A DNA stretch of 19,119 bases. Origin: a virus. Lineage: Duplodnaviria; Heunggongvirae; Uroviricota; Caudoviricetes. Of this stretch, positions 14,371 through 19,119 are shown piece by piece (position 1 is the stretch's first letter; every line of letters starts with the position of its first letter). A program made the position numbers and the translations under genes. The notes under the pieces were generated by a model, which ran no database searches, had not been told where the DNA came from, and worked only from the letters and a program-made list of their open reading frames with translations. The stretch is taken from the IMG/VR virus record IMGVR_UViG_3300022701_000176, one strand, 5' to 3'.

Positions 14371-15564
14371 TTATAAGACATTATATATATTACTTAAATC
14401 TTCTGGAACTCTTGATGATGGATCGGTACTACCTTCAGTATCACCAAATCCAGGTGTACCTTCAAACTCCAATAAATCTGGTGGTTCACCTGGAGCATTA
14501 AATGATGTAAAGTTCAAATCTGGAACATGTGCTTCAGACATCATTTGATTTATATAATCGGAATACATTGGTCGATGTTTATCTTTAGACCTTATTATAT
14601 TCCCTTCTTCATCTTGTCCAGCAGCAATTAATGTATTATATAATTCACCGATTGTTATACGAACATCAACCATACCAGGTCTTTGATTGAATGCTATATC
14701 ATTCGATTCTCCACCCTTTATTATTTCCATTGATGATATGTATCCCGCTTTAACTTTAAATAAGCCAGGACATGAAACTGAACAAACAACTGGATAATAA
14801 AAAGTAGATTCTGAACTCGATATTGGAATAACAAGAGCAATTAATTTAGCAAGTGGATAAACTATAAAATTTCTATAATCATCCATATTTTTTGGATTTG
14901 GATTATACAATCTAATTGTCATACTATAAGATGGAGAAAAATTAGCACCCTTCCATATCATCGGAAAATCAATCTGATGACCCGCCATTATCTTTCCCAT
15001 CCCGGGTGCCATATTATCTATAAATTTTTGAAGTGCACCACCAGTAGAACCCATTAAATCAACACCAGCACCAAATATACTCCCTAATGTACCACTCTTA
15101 CCCATTTGTTCAGATATTTTATTTGTTATTTCTTTAATATTTCCAGATGAACCAGTAATATATGCAAGTTCAGATACAGTCGATGATGCTACATTACCAA
15201 TTTGTTCAAACTTAGATTCACCATATTCTACAGATAATGACTCAGTTATTGATGTGTTATTTAAAAATGTAGCATATATACAATTTCCAGCCATCAATGG
15301 AACACCAGCAGATTCAAGAATTCTATTATATTGTTTTTTACCATCAGCGTAATTTGGCTCATATAGATGTATACCTTTTTTTCCTTTAGTACCATATTTT
15401 GGATATGCTGGATATATAGCCATTATTGGTATAGAAGCAAGTGCCATCTTTTGAGTTGGATCTGGATCATAAACATATGATGGTGGAATACCAATTATTT
15501 CAGTTGGATCTCCTGGAAATGCTTTCTTATATATATCATTTGATACAACCCCCTCGTCTATCAT
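14371..15564 (-). CDS. Probable baseplate tube-cap / tube initiator (T4 gp48/gp54-like)
   Basis: C-terminal tube-like beta pattern (IDFPMIWKGANFSPSYSMTIRL...YPVVCSV...GYISSMEI...PGMVDVRITIGEL) after a Gly-rich linker. Directly follows the tape-measure-like gene. Confidence 0.5.
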   Translation of the reverse strand: MIDEGVVSNDIYKKAFPGDPTEIIGIPPSYVYDPDPTQKMALASIPIMAIYPAYPKYGTKGKKGIHLYEPNYADGKKQYNRILESAGVPLMAGNCIYATFLNNTSITESLSVEYGESKFEQIGNVASSTVSELAYITGSSGNIKEITNKISEQMGKSGTLGSIFGAGVDLMGSTGGALQKFIDNMAPGMGKIMAGHQIDFPMIWKGANFSPSYSMTIRLYNPNPKNMDDYRNFIVYPLAKLIALVIPISSSESTFYYPVVCSVSCPGLFKVKAGYISSMEIIKGGESNDIAFNQRPGMVDVRITIGELYNTLIAAGQDEEGNIIRSKDKHRPMYSDYINQMMSEAHVPDLNFTSFNAPGEPPDLLEFEGTPGFGDTEGSTDPSSRVPEDLSNIYNVL

Positions 15565-15578
15565 ATCATCACTCTCCC

Positions 15579-18500
15579 TTAATTTAATCTTCCTTGTATT
15601 ATATCACTTAATGCTGGATCATATTCTGCCATTGGTTTATCAATAGTATTATTAACAACATTAGAAGATACATTATTTGCAAATGATTGAACTGAATTTA
15701 CCATACCACTTGTTGATTCTTTCATTGTATTAGCAAGCATTGTATTTGATTCTAATAAATCAGATGTAGCTAATCTTTGTTTTATCATATCTGATTCAAC
15801 AGAATGTGATGTTAATCTTTCCATATTTGTTAATGCTTCACTACCACCTTCTATAATATTATCTATACCAGTTTTAAATATATCCATTATAGTATCGGTG
15901 AATAATGCTGCTCCTTTTGGAGTATCGGTTAATACAACTTCACCACCCTTCAACATCGTATTAACTTCCCCACCAACAACTGTACCACCAATATGAGCCT
16001 TGAAATATGGTTCAGACATATTTAAATATTCACCACTTCCAGTTTTCATAAGATTAGCATTTAATAATGCTCTTCTTCCAACCTGTGAAGAATATTTACT
16101 ATCTAATATTTCTTCTCCAGCAACATCATAATCACCAGCTTCTATTGCAGATAATGTATTCTTAAATCCTTTTAATCCAGCTTCTCCCAAATTAAATGCC
16201 ATATCTGTAAGCGCTGCTTGTTGTGCTGGATTAAGTAAGTTCCAACCAGGTATTGCTTTAGCGATATTTTTAGCTATATTATAATCTTTGTCGAATATAG
16301 ATAATGCTTTTTCTTTTGTTATCTTATTACCAATTTTCTCTTTTCCGGTAATACGATGACCAATACCAATTGTCGGAAAACCAAGAGAATCAACATATCT
16401 ACTTAATACGATACCTTCATTTGCAATAGTATGTTTCTTAGCCATATCTTCAGATACATCACCCGCAGTTGGTATTTTAGCTTTACTCATTGGACCAATC
16501 ATAAGAGCAGATTCATCTATGACTCCAGATCCAGTTTTAGTTCCAGAATCATAAGTTGCTTTATTTTTAGATTTTTTCTTTTCTTCTTCTTTCTTTAATA
16601 AATGCTCTGGAATCGGTTTTCCCTGCGCTTTTCTTGCTTTTATCCATGCCGCAGTACCCTCTTCCTCTGCAATCTTATTATAGTCTCTATCTTTACCAAA
16701 TGTGCCTTTCGATGTCTCAAAATTAGATTTAGATTTTTCATCACTTGATAATTCACTTATAGATATCCATAATCCAGCTTTTTTATCAAACACAATGCTC
16801 TTACTTCTACGAAGTTTCATAAATAAATCTGGATTATCATCAAGAAGTTCAAACGCTTCTTTTGACATCTTCTTACTATACATAGACATCATTTTATTTT
16901 TATGGCGTCTATTAACATCTTCTTGATCACCACGTATAGCTTCATCTCCTATATCCGCTAACCAATCTGCACCTCTCCCGGTTATCTTACCAGCAATCAT
17001 ATTTATAAGTTTACCAACCATAAATCCAGCAGCACCAGCAGCTATAAGATTACCCATTGCTAATAATGCACCACCTGCAACTCCACCTCCCGCAGCACCA
17101 CTACCAGCAGCAGCACCACCCTTCAACATAGCAGTTAAACCACTTCCACCAAGAGCACCACCAATAAGACCTGTAAAACCAGTAGCTATATTCTTAATAC
17201 TCTCAATTGCATATTTACCAGCACCAATGAGTTTTTGAAGAATCATCTCTTTCCAGAATTTACTGAGCCAACTCTTCATAAAATTCAATCTATCAACCAT
17301 TCTTCGAGATATACCAAGTTGGTCTTCACTTGTTGTATTTCCAGATGCTTGAAGGTTTACAAGTTCACTTGTATTGTCTCTAATTTGTTTAGAGATAGAT
17401 ATCATTTTCGTAGGCCATTTGGCGTATACTGGTTCACCAGCATTATCAACTGCAACAACAGCTTGGCCTGTTACTTTTCTCCATAGCTTTTTTGCACCCG
17501 CTTTTAATCTATCTCGCCATGCAGCAATTGTTTCAGCAATAGCCGCAAATGGTTTAACTATTAAATTTTTTATAACTCTAAATGGTTTAGTTATAACTCT
17601 CCAACTCTGTTTTATTGCAAATATAGTTCCACGATATCCAGTTTTTATAGCGTCAACTGTAAGATTAAAACCAGCCTTAACTCCATCCGATAATAAACTA
17701 AACCCGCTACTCGCTACTTTAGTTAACCCTGCAAATGCATCTGATACAATAGTGGTAAATCCAGCAAGCATTCTATCGACTGTAAATTTAAACGACCTAT
17801 AAAGATTACCAACTGTAGAATCTATAGCAGATCCAATACGTTTAGCTATTCTAAATGGTAAACTTGCAAGAGTTTTGGTCATCGACCATGCTTTACCGGC
17901 TACTCCTTTTGTAAGAAAATCTGCAATATTTTGAACTTTACTCAATATATTTGCATTTATATTAGCAATATCTGATAATTTACTTATAACCTTTTTATGA
18001 TACACTATAGCAGATTCTTCTTCTGTCTTTTTGAATCCCATCTTTTTTAAAGCACCAGTTAACCAACCAACCATTCTCTTTTGAGTTTTTTCATCATCGA
18101 GTGGGATCACTGCTTCATCTGAATCACCTTCTCCAACTACAACTGGTTTTTTTCTTCTAAATATTCCACCAAATGCCATTGTAACTGGTTCTGGTTCTTC
18201 ATCTTTAAATAACTTATCCATATATTTTGTAAATAACGTAAGTTTTTCAATTATATAATCAACAGTACTTTTTAATTTATCTTCCACATATTCAGAAAAT
18301 GATTTAAATGTATCTGTGAATGTACCAAATATTCCACCAATTTTGGTAGGAAGATATTTATCTATACCAATAAACCCAAGAACTTGTCTAACGTTATCAC
18401 TTATTTCTTTAGATGTATTTATTAAGTTTATTTTAAATATTTTTAAATCTTTATAAAATGATTCGAAAAAAGCACGTAATCTACCAAAAATACCCGTTCC

Positions 18501-19119
18501 TTTTTCAGTATATTTATTTAACTCTTCACGTATTCTTTTAAAATCTTCTAATAAATGTTTCGGAACATCAAGATATGGCTGAAATGATTCTTTTATAATA
18601 AACTTAGCAACTCCAAGAGTTGCTTTTGATTTATTAATAAATGTTTCTTCACCAAGTTCTTCTATTTTCTTTCTATATATATCACCAGTTTTTTTGAACG
18701 AAGCTATCATCTTTAATTGGGATTCTTCATTCAGAGTAACTACTTCGAGCATTCTATCTTCATATGATTTATATATTCCACCCCAAAATTCTGGTAATAC
18801 TTTCGTAACTGTTTCAACACGAACATCTCTCCAATGCTCTTTCAATTGAACCATAGCTTCAAGTTCTATTTGACCTTTAGATTCTTGAATCTCCATAAGT
18901 GACATTGGTATTGGTTTTAATGCTTTATATATATCAATTGCAAGATTTTTTATTCCGGTAACTGATCTCAGAAGTGACTTTGGTAAAGATTTTACAGTTT
19001 CAACTAACTTGGATAATATACCCTCATTTTCAGTCCAAGCCTTTTTCATTGGATCTTGAACAAATTTTCTATAATTATTTATTGCTTCAATTACTGATAC
19101 TCCACCTTTTATTAAAATT
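15579..19119 (-). CDS. Tape-measure-like tail protein with T4-lysozyme (GH24-type) domain, 5' end outside the window
   Basis: Frame stays open from ATG 19049 to the edge (ILIKGGVSVIEAINNYRKFVQDP-M). Long amphipathic helical region, Gly/Ala-rich hydrophobic segment at about 16995-17180, lysozyme domain at about 16038-16440 (ANEG, YVDSLG, PTIGIGH, DMAFNLG, QVGRRA). Confidence 0.8.
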   Translation of the reverse strand, partial: ILIKGGVSVIEAINNYRKFVQDPMKKAWTENEGILSKLVETVKSLPKSLLRSVTGIKNLAIDIYKALKPIPMSLMEIQESKGQIELEAMVQLKEHWRDVRVETVTKVLPEFWGGIYKSYEDRMLEVVTLNEESQLKMIASFKKTGDIYRKKIEELGEETFINKSKATLGVAKFIIKESFQPYLDVPKHLLEDFKRIREELNKYTEKGTGIFGRLRAFFESFYKDLKIFKINLINTSKEISDNVRQVLGFIGIDKYLPTKIGGIFGTFTDTFKSFSEYVEDKLKSTVDYIIEKLTLFTKYMDKLFKDEEPEPVTMAFGGIFRRKKPVVVGEGDSDEAVIPLDDEKTQKRMVGWLTGALKKMGFKKTEEESAIVYHKKVISKLSDIANINANILSKVQNIADFLTKGVAGKAWSMTKTLASLPFRIAKRIGSAIDSTVGNLYRSFKFTVDRMLAGFTTIVSDAFAGLTKVASSGFSLLSDGVKAGFNLTVDAIKTGYRGTIFAIKQSWRVITKPFRVIKNLIVKPFAAIAETIAAWRDRLKAGAKKLWRKVTGQAVVAVDNAGEPVYAKWPTKMISISKQIRDNTSELVNLQASGNTTSEDQLGISRRMVDRLNFMKSWLSKFWKEMILQKLIGAGKYAIESIKNIATGFTGLIGGALGGSGLTAMLKGGAAAGSGAAGGGVAGGALLAMGNLIAAGAAGFMVGKLINMIAGKITGRGADWLADIGDEAIRGDQEDVNRRHKNKMMSMYSKKMSKEAFELLDDNPDLFMKLRRSKSIVFDKKAGLWISISELSSDEKSKSNFETSKGTFGKDRDYNKIAEEEGTAAWIKARKAQGKPIPEHLLKKEEEKKKSKNKATYDSGTKTGSGVIDESALMIGPMSKAKIPTAGDVSEDMAKKHTIANEGIVLSRYVDSLGFPTIGIGHRITGKEKIGNKITKEKALSIFDKDYNIAKNIAKAIPGWNLLNPAQQAALTDMAFNLGEAGLKGFKNTLSAIEAGDYDVAGEEILDSKYSSQVGRRALLNANLMKTGSGEYLNMSEPYFKAHIGGTVVGGEVNTMLKGGEVVLTDTPKGAALFTDTIMDIFKTGIDNIIEGGSEALTNMERLTSHSVESDMIKQRLATSDLLESNTMLANTMKESTSGMVNSVQSFANNVSSNVVNNTIDKPMAEYDPALSDIIQGRLN

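Noticed and set aside
402-17802. Other short antisense or nested ORFs in the track (402, 813, 2662, 3831, 3937, 7310, 7576, 9020, 9988, 10510, 12036, 12667, 14363, 16702, 17235, 17374)
   Set aside because: All lie opposite well-supported genes, show the biased composition expected of shadow frames, and have no motif I could recognise.
223-19119. Bacterial extracellular contractile injection system or tailocin rather than a phage
   Set aside because: The subunits are T4-like (gp26, gp25, gp6, neck-like, long tape measure), there is a private promoter motif and moron-like inserts, and no Afp/PVC-type ATPase or gene order is visible. Capsid genes are not in the window, so this is not formally excluded.
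1-19119. tRNA, rRNA, intron, intein or IS element
   Set aside because: No cloverleaf, transposase, homing endonuclease or intein motif recognised by eye. A covariance-model search would be needed to exclude small RNAs.

Overview
This AT-rich window is part of the virion-morphogenesis region of a divergent large or jumbo T4-like myophage. The + strand encodes tail sheath, tail tube, a gp26-like hub/assembly chaperone, a gp25-like wedge protein, a probable neck protein and a gp6-like wedge protein. The - strand encodes a gp48-like tube cap and a tape-measure-like protein carrying a T4-type lysozyme domain; this last gene is cut by the right edge of the window. Non-structural genes interrupt the module: a small nucleotidyltransferase-fold protein, a GC-rich Zn-ribbon protein, an intact soluble 3xPAS hybrid histidine kinase and a stand-alone pyrophosphatase (InPase-type). 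Main observations beyond the ORF track: (1) a 14-nt motif GGACAWAYTNTAAA sits before five + strand genes (candidate late promoter), and a different motif sits before the antisense accessory genes; (2) an unannotated ORF overlaps the end of the gp26-like gene in the +1 frame and looks like a G/GT-type programmed frameshift; (3) two adjacent genes begin M-[YF]-I-S-E, resembling T4 capsid-targeting leaders; (4) a perfect 44-bp palindrome lies between those two genes; (5) the kinase has no partner regulator in the window. All family assignments come from motif recognition by eye, not database searches, and the host cannot be determined.
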